A stretch of 50,308 nucleotides of DNA from an uncultured Phycisphaera sp. (lineage in GTDB: Bacteria; Planctomycetota; Phycisphaerae; Phycisphaerales; SM1A02), in contig CAXBRK010000001.1 of assembly GCA_963978155.1 (NCBI GenBank), forward strand, positions 1 through 50,308, read 5' to 3'. Position 1 is the stretch's first letter. Each line of letters starts with the position of its first letter. Position numbers and translations under genes: made by a program. The notes beneath the pieces are model-generated. The model did no database searches. It was given only the letters and a program-made list of their open reading frames with translations, and had not been told where the DNA came from. This document shows positions 35,576 to 45,340 of this stretch, one piece after another.

Positions 35576-36301
35576 TCAGTCTTCAGAAGCCGCATTGTCG
35601 GCAGCGTCATCTGCAGCGGATTCCTCAGGAGCTGAAGATTCTTCGGAAGCTTCCACTTCCTCAGCAGGAGCGTCTTCAGCAGGAGCCTCAGATGCTTCTT
35701 CTTCGGCGACCGCGGCGCCGCCCCAACCGGCGGCGAGTTTGGCGGCAAACTCGGCCCGCTTGGAGGCCTTCGATCGGCGTGGGCTTTCGCTGCCACCAAT
35801 CTGGGGGCCGTCTTCACGGCCGACCAGTTGCAAGATCACCACGTCAGCAGCATCGCCCAGCCGTCGCTCACCGGTTCGGACGATCCGGGTGTAACCACCT
35901 TCTCGACCCTCGAACATGGGAGCAACCACGCTCATGATGTGCTCGACCAGACGAGGGGCCTTGACCACTTCGCCACGATCATCAAACTGGATGTCTTCAG
36001 CCCGGGGCAAATTGAACCAAGGGTTCGACAATTTGCGGGACTCAGGGACGTTCTCATCCGCGACCCACACGTGGATCCAACGGTCGCGGCCAAACTTGGC
36101 CTCGAGTTGGCGGCGGGCATGCAGGTTGCCCTGCCGGGCCATGGTGATGATCCGTTCCACGAAGGGTTGCACCGCCTTGGCTTTGGGCATGGTGGTGCGG
36201 ATTTCACCGTGCTCAAAAAGGCCAGCGGCGAGGTTTCGCAGAAGGGCGCGGCGGTGTTCGCTTTTGCGTCCGAGGGTGTAACCGTAGATGCGATGTCGCA
36301 T
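35576..36301 (-). CDS. rplQ: 50S ribosomal protein L17 with an insertion and acidic tail
   Basis: MRHR..LGR..HR.ALLRNL, TT.PKAK, R.GGYTRI, R.GDAA. Confidence 0.96.
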   Translation of the reverse strand: MRHRIYGYTLGRKSEHRRALLRNLAAGLFEHGEIRTTMPKAKAVQPFVERIITMARQGNLHARRQLEAKFGRDRWIHVWVADENVPESRKLSNPWFNLPRAEDIQFDDRGEVVKAPRLVEHIMSVVAPMFEGREGGYTRIVRTGERRLGDAADVVILQLVGREDGPQIGGSESPRRSKASKRAEFAAKLAAGWGGAAVAEEEASEAPAEDAPAEEVEASEESSAPEESAADDAADNAASED

Positions 36302-36372
36302 AAGAAAGCTCCAGTCAAAAAGACGTTGTGGCTGGTGTCCCAGCCACAACGCGATAGGTCAGGAAAGAACGA

Positions 36373-37452
36373 TCAGGCGTCGTCCTCCAGGTCGTCCGAA
36401 GAGAAGGACACAGCGCCCTCTTCATCGGCCGGCATGTCATCGTCGTCGGTGGGCAGGACCAGACCGGTGGATGGATACATCCCCAATTCCAGGCCCATTT
36501 CCTCAAGACGACGCTTCACTTCACGCAGGGAGGTGCGGCCGAAGGCACGCATGCCCAGAAGTTCTTCTTCGGTCAAAGACACGAGATCTCGGGCGGTCTT
36601 GACGCCACCAGATTCGAGGCAGTTGCTGGCCCGAACGGAGAAGTCCATTTCACCAATGGTCAATTCCAGCTTGCGGGTCAACTCATCGTCCACGGATGCC
36701 GCCGCGACGGCCTCGGTGGAGACTTGCTCGGTGCCCAACTCTTCGTATTGGACGAAGGGGTTGAGGTGCTTGCGAAGAATCTTGGCGGACTCCACGAGGG
36801 CAATCTCGGGGGCCAAGCTGGCCTTGGTCCACACATCAAGAACCAAACGCTCGTAGTTGGTGCGTTGGCCAAGACGGGTGTTCTCGACGCGGTACCGGAC
36901 ACGCTCGACCGGGCTGAAGGCTGCATCCACGGGGATGTCCCCGATTTGCATGTCTTCTTCGGCGGTGTTGGCCCAAGTTTCGGAGGCGGGTCGGTAGCCG
37001 CGACCACGCTCAACCACCATTTCCATGGTGAATTCAATTTCGTCGGTCAAGGTGGCCAAGAGATGGTCTTTGTTGACCACTTCCACGTTGGCGTCGGACT
37101 GGACAAGCTCTCCCGTCACATCACCAGGACCACTGACACTGACTCGAATCGTGCGAGGCTCGTCGCCTTCCATCGCCAAGACCAAACCCTTGACGTTCAG
37201 CACGATGTCAGAGACATCTTCCATCACTCCGGGCAGAGTGGTGAATTCGTGTTCGGCACCCTTCACACGGATGCGCGTCACCGCGGCGCCTTCAACGCTG
37301 GACAGCAAGATCCGGCGGAGGGAGTTCCCCACGGTGGTTCCGAAACCGCGTTCAAACGGCTCCACTGAAAAACGGCAGAACGTTTCCGTTCGGCTGGAGG
37401 CCTCGGGGATGACCCGGGCCGGGAGTTCGAGTCCACGCCACTTGAGGTGCAT
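36373..37452 (-). CDS. rpoA: RNA polymerase alpha subunit
   Basis: EPFERGFGTTVGNSLRRILLSS, HEFTTLPGV.ED, GRGY, SVRASNCL, FGRTSL.E; start 37452 or GTG 37458. Confidence 0.98.
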   Translation of the reverse strand: MHLKWRGLELPARVIPEASSRTETFCRFSVEPFERGFGTTVGNSLRRILLSSVEGAAVTRIRVKGAEHEFTTLPGVMEDVSDIVLNVKGLVLAMEGDEPRTIRVSVSGPGDVTGELVQSDANVEVVNKDHLLATLTDEIEFTMEMVVERGRGYRPASETWANTAEEDMQIGDIPVDAAFSPVERVRYRVENTRLGQRTNYERLVLDVWTKASLAPEIALVESAKILRKHLNPFVQYEELGTEQVSTEAVAAASVDDELTRKLELTIGEMDFSVRASNCLESGGVKTARDLVSLTEEELLGMRAFGRTSLREVKRRLEEMGLELGMYPSTGLVLPTDDDDMPADEEGAVSFSSDDLEDDA

Positions 37453-37574
37453 GGTCACATCACTTTCTTCCGGCGTCCCAAAAAGGGTGGTGATTCTTCT
37501 CTGGGTTGCGGCCCCCCATCACGCCGGGGATGGGGCAACCTTCTTTCGCCAGAAAAGAGACGAATGGTTCAGGA

Positions 37575-37946
37575 TCAGACGCGTCGCTGCTTGGGCGGAC
37601 GACAACCGTTGTGAGGCACTGGGGTGTGGTCTTCAATGGCAATCACGCTCAGGCCATTGGCCTCGAAAGCGGTGATAGAAGATTCACGGCCAGCACCGGC
37701 ACCACGAACGTGCACTTCAATCTCACGCATACCCATACGGCGAGCCTTGGCGACACACTTCTCAACCGCTCGCGAAGCGGCGAACGGGGTGGCCTTCCGG
37801 GCCCCTTTGAAGCCCACGGTTCCCGCAGAGTCCCAGCAAAGGGTTTCTCCGTTGGGATCGGTGATGGTGATGATGGTGTTGTTGAACGTGGCCTTCACGT
37901 GGCCAATGCCACGGGGAACGTTGCGACGAATGTTTTTCTTACTCAT
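37575..37946 (-). CDS. rpsK: 30S ribosomal protein S11
   Basis: [35 protein letters not shown]. Confidence 0.98.
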   Translation of the reverse strand: MSKKNIRRNVPRGIGHVKATFNNTIITITDPNGETLCWDSAGTVGFKGARKATPFAASRAVEKCVAKARRMGMREIEVHVRGAGAGRESSITAFEANGLSVIAIEDHTPVPHNGCRPPKQRRV

Positions 37947-38047
37947 GGTCTATTCCTTCGCTGCTGACGGTTCCCACTGCACTCACTGGGGAGCCCGGGA
38001 ACCTCACGAAATGGAGAAGAGAATCAAAAAGGAATCTCAACTCCGCT

Positions 38048-38425
38048 TTACTTACCGACGGCCTTCTTACCGGCAACCGTCTTCTTCTTGCCCTTACGGG
38101 TCCGTGCGTTGGTCTTGGAGGATTGTCCGCGGACGGGCAGTCCCTTCTTGTGACGGTCTCCGCGCCAGCAGTTGATGTCACGCAGACGCTGGATGCTTTG
38201 AGCCACTTGGCGACGCAAGGCACCTTCGACCACCAGCTCATCATCGATCAGCGAAGCGATGTTGGTCACTTCGTCGTCGGTGAGTTCGTTCGCTCGACGG
38301 TCGGGGTCGACCCCGGTGCGCGACAGAATGTCGGCGGCAACCTTGGGACCAATACCGTGGACGTACTGGAGGGAGAACAAAATCTTTTTGCGGTCGGGAA
38401 TATCGACGCCAGCAATACGGGGCAT
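38048..38425 (-). CDS. rpsM: 30S ribosomal protein S13
   Basis: MPRIAGVDIP, GIG, RG.RH..GLPVRGQ..KTNARTRKG. Confidence 0.98.
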   Translation of the reverse strand: MPRIAGVDIPDRKKILFSLQYVHGIGPKVAADILSRTGVDPDRRANELTDDEVTNIASLIDDELVVEGALRRQVAQSIQRLRDINCWRGDRHKKGLPVRGQSSKTNARTRKGKKKTVAGKKAVGK

Positions 38426-38442
38426 GCTTCGGTGCCTTTCGA

Positions 38443-38559
38443 TTAGCCCTGACGGGCCTTGAGACGGGGATTTCGCTTGTTGATGAGGAATCGCTTGCCA
38501 CGTCGAACGACGATCTGGCAATCCTTGGTTGAACGCTTGATGCTGCTGCGAACCTTCAT
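38443..38559 (-). CDS. rpmJ: 50S ribosomal protein L36 (missing from the ORF track)
   Basis: Hand translation [38 protein letters not shown], between infA and rpsM. Confidence 0.96.
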   Translation of the reverse strand: MKVRSSIKRSTKDCQIVVRRGKRFLINKRNPRLKARQG

Positions 38560-38577
38560 GGTTTGCTCCGATGCCGC

Positions 38578-38793
38578 TTAGCGGCGGTAGGTAATGCGAC
38601 CCTTGGTCATGTCGTACGGGCTGATCTCAACCGAGACCTTGTCGCCAGGAAGAATACGAATGAAGAACTTTCGCATCTTTCCGGAAACGTAGGCCAGGAG
38701 TTCCTGACCGTTCTCGAGACGAACTTTGAATCGTGCATCAGGCAAGGCCTCCACGACTTCCGCTTCGAGTTCGATCTTTTCTTCCTTGGCCAT
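38578..38793 (-). CDS. infA: Translation initiation factor IF-1
   Basis: [35 protein letters not shown]. Confidence 0.98.
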   Translation of the reverse strand: MAKEEKIELEAEVVEALPDARFKVRLENGQELLAYVSGKMRKFFIRILPGDKVSVEISPYDMTKGRITYRR

Positions 38794-38860
38794 TCAATCC
38801 TTTCGGTCTGGAACGCCCCATCGTCACCGATAAAAGGCGTTGGGTCAAGCCCGAAGGCAC

Positions 38861-40279
38861 TCAGCCGCGTCCGGAACGGATGCGAGCTGCCCGCCCTCCC
38901 TCACCGGAATCGAGGAATCCGGTCTGGTTTCTCATGAGCAGTGCGGCCTCGATGCGCTGGACGAGGTCCAGGCCCACACTGACAACGATCAGAAGCCCGG
39001 TTCCACCAAGGAACTGGGAGACAAGCATGGGTACCCCCATCTGGGAAGCAACCACGGTAGGAATCAGGGCAATGATGGCCAAGAAGCCCGCCCCGACGTA
39101 CGTGATGCGTTCCACCACCGTCTCAAGGTACTCCGCGGTGCGCGGGCCAGGACGGAGACCGGGGATAAAGGAACCGTGGTCGCGAAGTTGTTCGCTCATC
39201 TCTTCGGGAGAGAAGACCACGGTGGTCCAGAAGTAGCTGAAGAAGTAGATCAGACCGATCTGGATCAGCACGTAGGGATACGAACCCATTTGCAAGTTCG
39301 CATTCAAGAACGTGAGCGCCGTGCGTGTCCACTCGGGCCAGCCGGGAGACGCCGCGGCGTATTGGGCCAACGAACCCAAAGCAACGGTCGGAATGATCAT
39401 CAGGGATGACGCGAAGATGATGGGCATCACGCCGGCGTGGTTCACCCGAAGCGGCAAGTAGTGCCGGCCACTGGACGCCGCCGCCGAACCAGCCCGAGCG
39501 TGACGGGCCTGTTGGATGGGCAACCGACGCTGGGCCACCGTGATCAGGACCGCACCAGCGACCACGCTCACGAACGACATCAGGAGGAAGGCCACGCCAA
39601 CGGGTCCAATGACCGAGTCATCTTGAGCCGACAGGCTGAACTTGCTGATCACCCAGAAGATGGCATCTGGCATGCGGGAAATGATGCCGGCGGTCAAGAT
39701 CAACGACACACCGTTTCCGATGCCGTACTTGTCGATCTGCTCACCGAGCCACATCAAGAACACGCTGCCGGCGGTGATGCCGGTCAGGCCGGCCACCATG
39801 AAGAAGAACCGACCGGTGGGGTCCGATTCCAACACGGGGTCCACCATGCCTTGGCCGCGGATGTAGTTCAGCCACATGAAGCCCTGAACCATGCACATGC
39901 CCACACCGGCGTACCGGGTCCATTCCTGCAGCTTTTGGGCCCCCGATGGATCCTTCTTCATCTCCTTGAAGGAGGGGATCATCGACTGCAAGAGCTGGAA
40001 GACAATCGAAGCGGTGATGTAGGGCATGATGCCCAAACCGAAGATCGTAGATTGGCCAAAGTCGCCGCCGGAGAAGACGGATGCGTACTCAAGAATCCGG
40101 CCAAAACCGCTGGCGGATGCCTCGGAAGCCTTGGTTGCAGCGTCAACCAACATCTCCTGATCCACGCCGGGAAGCGGGATGAAGAAGCCGATCCGGTACA
40201 GGACCAAGGCCCCCAGGGTGAACATCACCCGGGTGCGAAGATCGCTGATTCGGAACACATTGACGACGGCTTGCAGCAT
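38861..40279 (-). CDS. secY: Preprotein translocase SecY
   Basis: LGIMPYITASI, WLGEQI..GIGNGVSL, AGVMPIIFA, FIPGLRPG, GGTGLLIVV. Confidence 0.98.
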   Translation of the reverse strand: MLQAVVNVFRISDLRTRVMFTLGALVLYRIGFFIPLPGVDQEMLVDAATKASEASASGFGRILEYASVFSGGDFGQSTIFGLGIMPYITASIVFQLLQSMIPSFKEMKKDPSGAQKLQEWTRYAGVGMCMVQGFMWLNYIRGQGMVDPVLESDPTGRFFFMVAGLTGITAGSVFLMWLGEQIDKYGIGNGVSLILTAGIISRMPDAIFWVISKFSLSAQDDSVIGPVGVAFLLMSFVSVVAGAVLITVAQRRLPIQQARHARAGSAAASSGRHYLPLRVNHAGVMPIIFASSLMIIPTVALGSLAQYAAASPGWPEWTRTALTFLNANLQMGSYPYVLIQIGLIYFFSYFWTTVVFSPEEMSEQLRDHGSFIPGLRPGPRTAEYLETVVERITYVGAGFLAIIALIPTVVASQMGVPMLVSQFLGGTGLLIVVSVGLDLVQRIEAALLMRNQTGFLDSGEGGRAARIRSGRG

Positions 40280-40290
40280 GCGATTCTCTC

Positions 40291-40803
40291 TTAGCCTTCG
40301 GAGGACTGGGCTTCAGCCTTCTTGGCGGCCGCTGCGGCGCGGGTCCACTTGACTTTGGCGTTGGAGACACAGGTGCCACCAGCCGCTTCGATCTTGGATT
40401 TGGCAGAAGCCGAGAACATTTGGGCCGTCACGGAGAGCTTCTTGTTGATTTCGCCTTGACCCAAAATCTTGACGGGCTTCTTGGACGAACGGATGAGTCC
40501 CTTCTCGGCCAACATTTCAGCGTTGACCTCGGCACCATCCTCGAAGCGGGAGCACAGCACGTGCACGTTGACCACTTGATAGTCGGTGCGGAACGCCGCA
40601 TTGGTGAAGCCACGCTTGGGCAATCGACGAACGAGGGGCATTTGGCCGCCTTCGAAGTAGATCTTGTCACCGTGACCCGCACGGGAACCTGCACCCTTGT
40701 GGCCACGACCACTGGTTTTTCCCAAACCGCTGGCACGACCTCGACCCACACGCTTTCGCTTCTTGTGAGCACCGACCTTCTCGGTAATTTCATGAATCAT
40801 CAT
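40291..40803 (-). CDS. rplO: 50S ribosomal protein L15
   Basis: RVGRG..SG.GKTSGRGHKG, FEGGQMPL.RRLPKRGF. Confidence 0.98.
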   Translation of the reverse strand: MMIHEITEKVGAHKKRKRVGRGRASGLGKTSGRGHKGAGSRAGHGDKIYFEGGQMPLVRRLPKRGFTNAAFRTDYQVVNVHVLCSRFEDGAEVNAEMLAEKGLIRSSKKPVKILGQGEINKKLSVTAQMFSASAKSKIEAAGGTCVSNAKVKWTRAAAAAKKAEAQSSEG

Positions 40804-40825
40804 GGCAAAGATCCTTCACTCGTCC

Positions 40826-41434
40826 TCAGGACGCGGTGGCCTCATTGGCCGCAGCTTCAGCCGGGGCTTCGGGGGTTTCAGCGTCGGCGTCGCCTTCGGT
40901 TGAGACCGGAGCAGGCTTGTCCAACTTCTGTTGAATTTCGGTGTCAGAGTGACCGAGGGTACGGCCACGGGCCGCTTCGATCTCTTCGCGGCTCTTCAGT
41001 TGCTCGAGGCCATTGAACACGGCTTTCACAATGTTCAAGGTGTTGGTTGAGCCATGGCACTTGGTCATGCAGTCACGAATACCGAGCATTTCCAATGGGG
41101 CACGAACCGCGGCTCCCGCCACAACACCCGTACCAGGAGAAGCTGGGAGAAGAAGGACTTTGCATGCTCCAAAGCGGCCTTCCACCGCGTGGGGAATGGT
41201 CGAACCCGTGGTGGGGTACTTCCGCAACTTCCGCTTGGCTTCCCGCTGGCTCTTTTCGATGGCTTGGGGAACTTGACCAGACTTCTGGTGCCCCAAACCA
41301 ATGCTGCCCTGCCGGTCCCCCACCACGACCAGAGCCGCGAAGGAGAAACGACGACCACCTTTGACAGTGGCGCTGGTACGCATGATGGAGACCGTGGTGG
41401 ACTCGATACCGGATTCGTCAAGACGTTCAGACAT
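40826..41434 (-). CDS. rpsE: 30S ribosomal protein S5
   Basis: VKGGRRFSFAALVVVGD, PASPGTGVVAG. Confidence 0.98.
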   Translation of the reverse strand: MSERLDESGIESTTVSIMRTSATVKGGRRFSFAALVVVGDRQGSIGLGHQKSGQVPQAIEKSQREAKRKLRKYPTTGSTIPHAVEGRFGACKVLLLPASPGTGVVAGAAVRAPLEMLGIRDCMTKCHGSTNTLNIVKAVFNGLEQLKSREEIEAARGRTLGHSDTEIQQKLDKPAPVSTEGDADAETPEAPAEAAANEATAS

Positions 41435-41449
41435 TGGCCGGTGCTCCGA

Positions 41450-41812
41450 TCAGAACTGCAGGCCGCCCTCGCGGGCGCCTTCGGCAACGGCCTTCACACG
41501 GCCGTGGTACAGGAAGCCGCCACGGTCAAAGACCACAGCGGAGACACCGGCTTCTTTGGCGCGGTCGGCAAGCCGACGGCCCACTTCAGAAGCGGCAGAG
41601 ACGTTTCCACCAGCGGCACGATCGAGACCCTTCTCAACCGTAGAGGCGGCGGCAATGGTGCGCCCAGTGAGGTCGTCGACGACCTGGGCGTAGATGTGTT
41701 TGCTGCTGCGGAACACCGCGAGGCGAGGCCGAGCGGCGCTGCCGCGGATGCGACGCTGAAGACCGCGACGGCGACGGTCGCGACTGTGCTTTCGGAGCTT
41801 GATGCGATCCAT
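41450..41812 (-). CDS. rplR: 50S ribosomal protein L18
   Basis: [27 protein letters not shown]. Confidence 0.98.
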   Translation of the reverse strand: MDRIKLRKHSRDRRRRGLQRRIRGSAARPRLAVFRSSKHIYAQVVDDLTGRTIAAASTVEKGLDRAAGGNVSAASEVGRRLADRAKEAGVSAVVFDRGGFLYHGRVKAVAEGAREGGLQF

Positions 41813-41829
41813 GAGAAGCTTCCTTGGGC

Positions 41830-42384
41830 TCAGCCCATTGACTTGCCAACCTTGCGGATGACAAACTCGTCGACGTAACGGATACCTTTGCCCTTGTAAG
41901 GCTCAGGCGGACGCTTGGAACGAACCACGGCGGCGAACTGTCCCACCTGCTCCTTGTCGGGGCCGGTGATGCTGACAAATTCACCATCCACTTTGAACTC
42001 CACGCCTTCGGGGGCTTGAAGATCAACGGGGTGGCAGTACCCAACATTCAAACGCAAAGTCTTGCCTTGGGCTTGGGCATTCCAACCCACGCCAATGACT
42101 TGCAATTTCTTTTCGTAGCCATCAACCACGCCTTGAACCATGCATGCGATTCGGGCGCGGGTGGTGCCCCAAAGAGCCTTGTCACGACCCGAATCTCGAC
42201 GATCTTCGGGAATGGAGCAGACCACTTGGTTGTCGGCCTCGGCGTAGTTCACACTCACATCGGCGTGGTGCACGAACTCGAGTTTGCCCTTGGGCCCTTC
42301 CACCTTGACGGTGTTGGAGCCCGCGTCAACCGCAACTTTGACGTTGCCGGGGACGGGGACTGGTTTGGTTCCAATACGACTCAT
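41830..42384 (-). CDS. rplF: 50S ribosomal protein L6
   Basis: [29 protein letters not shown]. Confidence 0.98.
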   Translation of the reverse strand: MSRIGTKPVPVPGNVKVAVDAGSNTVKVEGPKGKLEFVHHADVSVNYAEADNQVVCSIPEDRRDSGRDKALWGTTRARIACMVQGVVDGYEKKLQVIGVGWNAQAQGKTLRLNVGYCHPVDLQAPEGVEFKVDGEFVSITGPDKEQVGQFAAVVRSKRPPEPYKGKGIRYVDEFVIRKVGKSMG

Positions 42385-42406
42385 CGTGGGTTCCTCGACG
42401 TTCGGA

Positions 42407-42805
42407 TTACTGGACGATGGCGACGAGCTCTCCGCCGACTTTCTGCTCACGGCAGATTCGGTCAGACAGCACACCACGACTGGTGGAGACGATGCAGATG
42501 CCCAGACCGGCCAAAGGACGTGGCAGGTCAGAAGCTCCGCGGTAAACGCGACGACCCGGACGGGACACGCGATCGATACGGGTGATGATGGGCTCGCCAC
42601 GGCTGCCGTAGCGGAGCGAGATGTCGATCAGGCCTTGGCGGCCGTCTTCGACAACGTCGTAAGACTCGATGTAGCCCTCGTCACGCAGGACATCGCACAC
42701 TCCGCGGTTCAGCTTGTTGTTCAAGCAGCGAACCTTGGGAGCACGGTTGCGGACCGCGTTGCGAACGCGGGTGAGGAGATCAGAGGTGGTGTCTTGTTGG
42801 GACAT
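42407..42805 (-). CDS. rpsH: 30S ribosomal protein S8
   Basis: D.LTRVRNA, EGYI, SRPGRRVY, GLG...VSTSRG, GGE. Confidence 0.98.
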   Translation of the reverse strand: MSQQDTTSDLLTRVRNAVRNRAPKVRCLNNKLNRGVCDVLRDEGYIESYDVVEDGRQGLIDISLRYGSRGEPIITRIDRVSRPGRRVYRGASDLPRPLAGLGICIVSTSRGVLSDRICREQKVGGELVAIVQ

Positions 42806-42823
42806 ATCAATTCGCTCCAGAGA

Positions 42824-43009
42824 TCACCAACTGGCCTTCCGCATGCCTGGGATCATGCCCTTGAGGGCGAGTTCCCGGAGCACAATGCGGCTGACGCCAA
42901 ACTTGCGATAGACCCCACGGGCGCGGCCGGTGATTTGACACCGACTCTGGCGACGGGAGGAGAACTTAGGTGGTTTGTTCATGCGGGCAAAGACGCGTTT
43001 GCTGGCCAT
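42824..43009 (-). CDS. rpsN: 30S ribosomal protein S14, 61 aa
   Basis: PKF..R...RC..TGR.RG.YRKFG.SR..LRE.A..G.IPG..KASW. Confidence 0.97.
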   Translation of the reverse strand: MASKRVFARMNKPPKFSSRRQSRCQITGRARGVYRKFGVSRIVLRELALKGMIPGMRKASW

Positions 43010-43046
43010 GGGCATTCCTTTCCGGCGGGGCCGGATCAGCGGTTTC

Positions 43047-43649
43047 TTACTTCTTGCTGGATTCCGGCTTGGCGAAGGGGAAGCCGAGTTCACTGAGCAC
43101 AAAGTGGCTCAGCTCGGGGTTAGAACGAGCAAACACAATGTTGATGTGCATGCCGTGAATAAAGGACGATTTGGTCATGTCCACTTCTGGGAACACTGCC
43201 TGTTCGGTCAAACCGAAGGAGTAGGAACCAGACGCATCAAACGACTTGGGGGAAACTCCACGGAAGTCCTTGATACGGGGCATGGCGAGGTTCATGAGTC
43301 GATCCAAGAAGGACCACATGCGGTAACGACGCATGGTGACCATGAACGCGGAAGGTGCACCTTCACGGACCTTAAAGTTCGAGACGGACTTCTTGGCTTT
43401 GATCATGATGGGCTTTTGGCCGGAAATCACGGTCAAGGTGTCGGTGATGACTTCAGCGTGGTCTTGCTTGAGCTTTTGGTTCTCAAGCAAACGACCCACC
43501 CCGACGTTGACCACGGCTTTGACGATCCGTGGCTGGGACAGGGGGTTGGTGAGACCCTTCTCAGATGCGAGCTTGGGGACCACGTTCTCTTCGAACATCT
43601 GTTGCAGACGTGCGGTTGGTGCGGCTTGGGTTGCGGTGGCTTCACTCAT
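43047..43649 (-). CDS. rplE: 50S ribosomal protein L5
   Basis: [33 protein letters not shown]. Confidence 0.98.
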   Translation of the reverse strand: MSEATATQAAPTARLQQMFEENVVPKLASEKGLTNPLSQPRIVKAVVNVGVGRLLENQKLKQDHAEVITDTLTVISGQKPIMIKAKKSVSNFKVREGAPSAFMVTMRRYRMWSFLDRLMNLAMPRIKDFRGVSPKSFDASGSYSFGLTEQAVFPEVDMTKSSFIHGMHINIVFARSNPELSHFVLSELGFPFAKPESSKK

Positions 43650-43660
43650 GGGGAGGATCC

Positions 43661-43993
43661 TCAGTCACGGGCCTTCTTGAGTTCGTGCAGCACCGAGCCA
43701 TCGCGGGCGGCGAGGCGGACTTTGCTGCCGTCGTCCCGAGACTCAAACCGGACGCGGCTGGGCTTGCCGTCGACCACGGGGCTGACATTCGAGATATGGA
43801 TTGGCGCTTCGGTACGGATCGAGCCCCCCTGAGGGTTCTGCTGCGAACGTGGAATACGCTTGTTCCGAACATTGACACCGGAGACCACAACGCGGTCCTC
43901 ATCGGGGAGGACGCGAATGACTTCACCAACAGAGCCCTTGGCACTGCCAGCAGTCACGATCACGGTGTCACCCTTCACGATATGGCGTGGCAT
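43661..43993 (-). CDS. rplX: 50S ribosomal protein L24
   Basis: KGDTV.V..G..KG..G.V (KOW), EAPIHISNV. Confidence 0.97.
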   Translation of the reverse strand: MPRHIVKGDTVIVTAGSAKGSVGEVIRVLPDEDRVVVSGVNVRNKRIPRSQQNPQGGSIRTEAPIHISNVSPVVDGKPSRVRFESRDDGSKVRLAARDGSVLHELKKARD

Positions 43994-44379
43994 CAGACCA
44001 CCTCCGAAGCGAGGGACACGATCTTCATGTAATCCTTGAAGCGAAGCTCCCGAGCCACGGCACCGAAGATCCGGGTGCCGACGGGGTTGCCATCTGCTTT
44101 CACGAGGACGCACGCATTCGAATCGAAGCGAACGTAAGAGCCGTCGTCACGACGAACGGGATACTTGGATCGAACCACAACCGCGGTCACCAGGTCCCCC
44201 GCCTTGACGTCGGAGTTGGGAAGGCACTTCTTGACCGTGCACTTGATGCGGTCACCCACACCAGCGGTCTTGCGGGTCGATCGGGCGCGAGCGGTGGATC
44301 CGCCGTACACACCAATCACCATGACCACGCGAGCACCTGAGTTGTCGGCCACTTCGAGCCGGGATTCATTTTGGATCAT
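43993..44379 (-). CDS. rplN: 50S ribosomal protein L14
   Basis: [35 protein letters not shown]. Confidence 0.98.
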   Translation of the reverse strand: MIQNESRLEVADNSGARVVMVIGVYGGSTARARSTRKTAGVGDRIKCTVKKCLPNSDVKAGDLVTAVVVRSKYPVRRDDGSYVRFDSNACVLVKADGNPVGTRIFGAVARELRFKDYMKIVSLASEVV

Positions 44380-44383
44380 GGCA

Positions 44384-44656
44384 TCAGGCCTTTCGCATCA
44401 CGCGGACGAGCGCCCAGGTCTTGGTCTTGGAAATGGGGCGGCATTCGGCCACCTCAACGGTGTCACCCAAACGAGATTCGTTTTCCGCATCGTGGACGTG
44501 GAGGACGGTGCGTTGCCGGACGTACTTGCCGTACTTCGGGTGACGAACAGCCCACTGGACCACCACTTTGCGGGTCTTGTCGCGTGCATCGCTTTCGACG
44601 ATGCCGACCCGACGCGGGGACTTCTCGGGAATCAGAACAGTGCTTTGCTTACCCAA
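44384..44656 (-). CDS. rpsQ: 30S ribosomal protein S17
   Basis: HPKYGK.V, HD..N...GD.V...[10 protein letters not shown]. Confidence 0.97.
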   Translation of the reverse strand: MGKQSTVLIPEKSPRRVGIVESDARDKTRKVVVQWAVRHPKYGKYVRQRTVLHVHDAENESRLGDTVEVAECRPISKTKTWALVRVMRKA

Positions 44657-44667
44657 TGATCAGCTCC

Positions 44668-44877
44668 TCACTCAGCCTCGGTCAGGGGACGGGCCCGACG
44701 GACAGTACGCTCGGTTTCGACGCGAGCGAGATCACGGCGTGTTTGCCGCATCACACTGGTGTCCTCGATTTTTGCGGTGGCCTTCTGGCTCCGCATTTCA
44801 AAAAGTTTGCGTCGGAGGCTGTCGGCCTCCAACTTCAGTTGTTCGTCATCCAGACGTCGGATATCGCTCATCAACAT
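44668..44877 (-). CDS. rpmC: 50S ribosomal protein L29
   Basis: LF.MR.Q, RRDLARVET; position between rplP and rpsQ. Confidence 0.95.
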   Translation of the reverse strand: MLMSDIRRLDDEQLKLEADSLRRKLFEMRSQKATAKIEDTSVMRQTRRDLARVETERTVRRARPLTEAE

Positions 44878-44892
44878 CGCATACGTCCTTTC

Positions 44893-45312
44893 TTACGGTT
44901 CCAACCGGCGACCGACAAAGCGGCAACGCACGGGCATCTTGGCGGCCATTCGAGCCATCGCCTGCTTGGCGAGACCCTCTTCGACACCTTTGAGTTCAAA
45001 AAGAATGGTGCCGGGCAGCACACGGGCGGCCCAGAAATCGGTCTCCGCTTTACCTTTACCCATCCGGGTTTCCAAAGGCTTCTTGGAGATTGGTTTGTCG
45101 GGGAAGATCCGGATGAAGATCTGACCTTGACGCTTCAAGAAGTGCTGGCAGGCAATACGGGCGGATTCGATCTGACGGGCGGAGACCCAATGGGTGTCCA
45201 GCGATTGCAGACCGAATTCTCCGAAGGCGACATAGTTGCCGCGGGTGGCGTTCCCGCGCATGACACCCCGCATTTGCTTGCGGAACTTCAGTCGCTTTGG
45301 CATACGTGGCAT
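44893..45312 (-). CDS. rplP: 50S ribosomal protein L16
   Basis: PKR.KFRKQMRG, RQIESAR, KPLETRMGKGK. Confidence 0.98.
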   Translation of the reverse strand: MPRMPKRLKFRKQMRGVMRGNATRGNYVAFGEFGLQSLDTHWVSARQIESARIACQHFLKRQGQIFIRIFPDKPISKKPLETRMGKGKAETDFWAARVLPGTILFELKGVEEGLAKQAMARMAAKMPVRCRFVGRRLEP

Positions 45313-45340
45313 GGCTTTGCTCCTGTCCTATTCCGTTCGC

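Noticed and set aside
37460-37642. 60-aa ORF as rpsD remnant
   Set aside because: No S4 similarity and it overlaps rpsK out of frame
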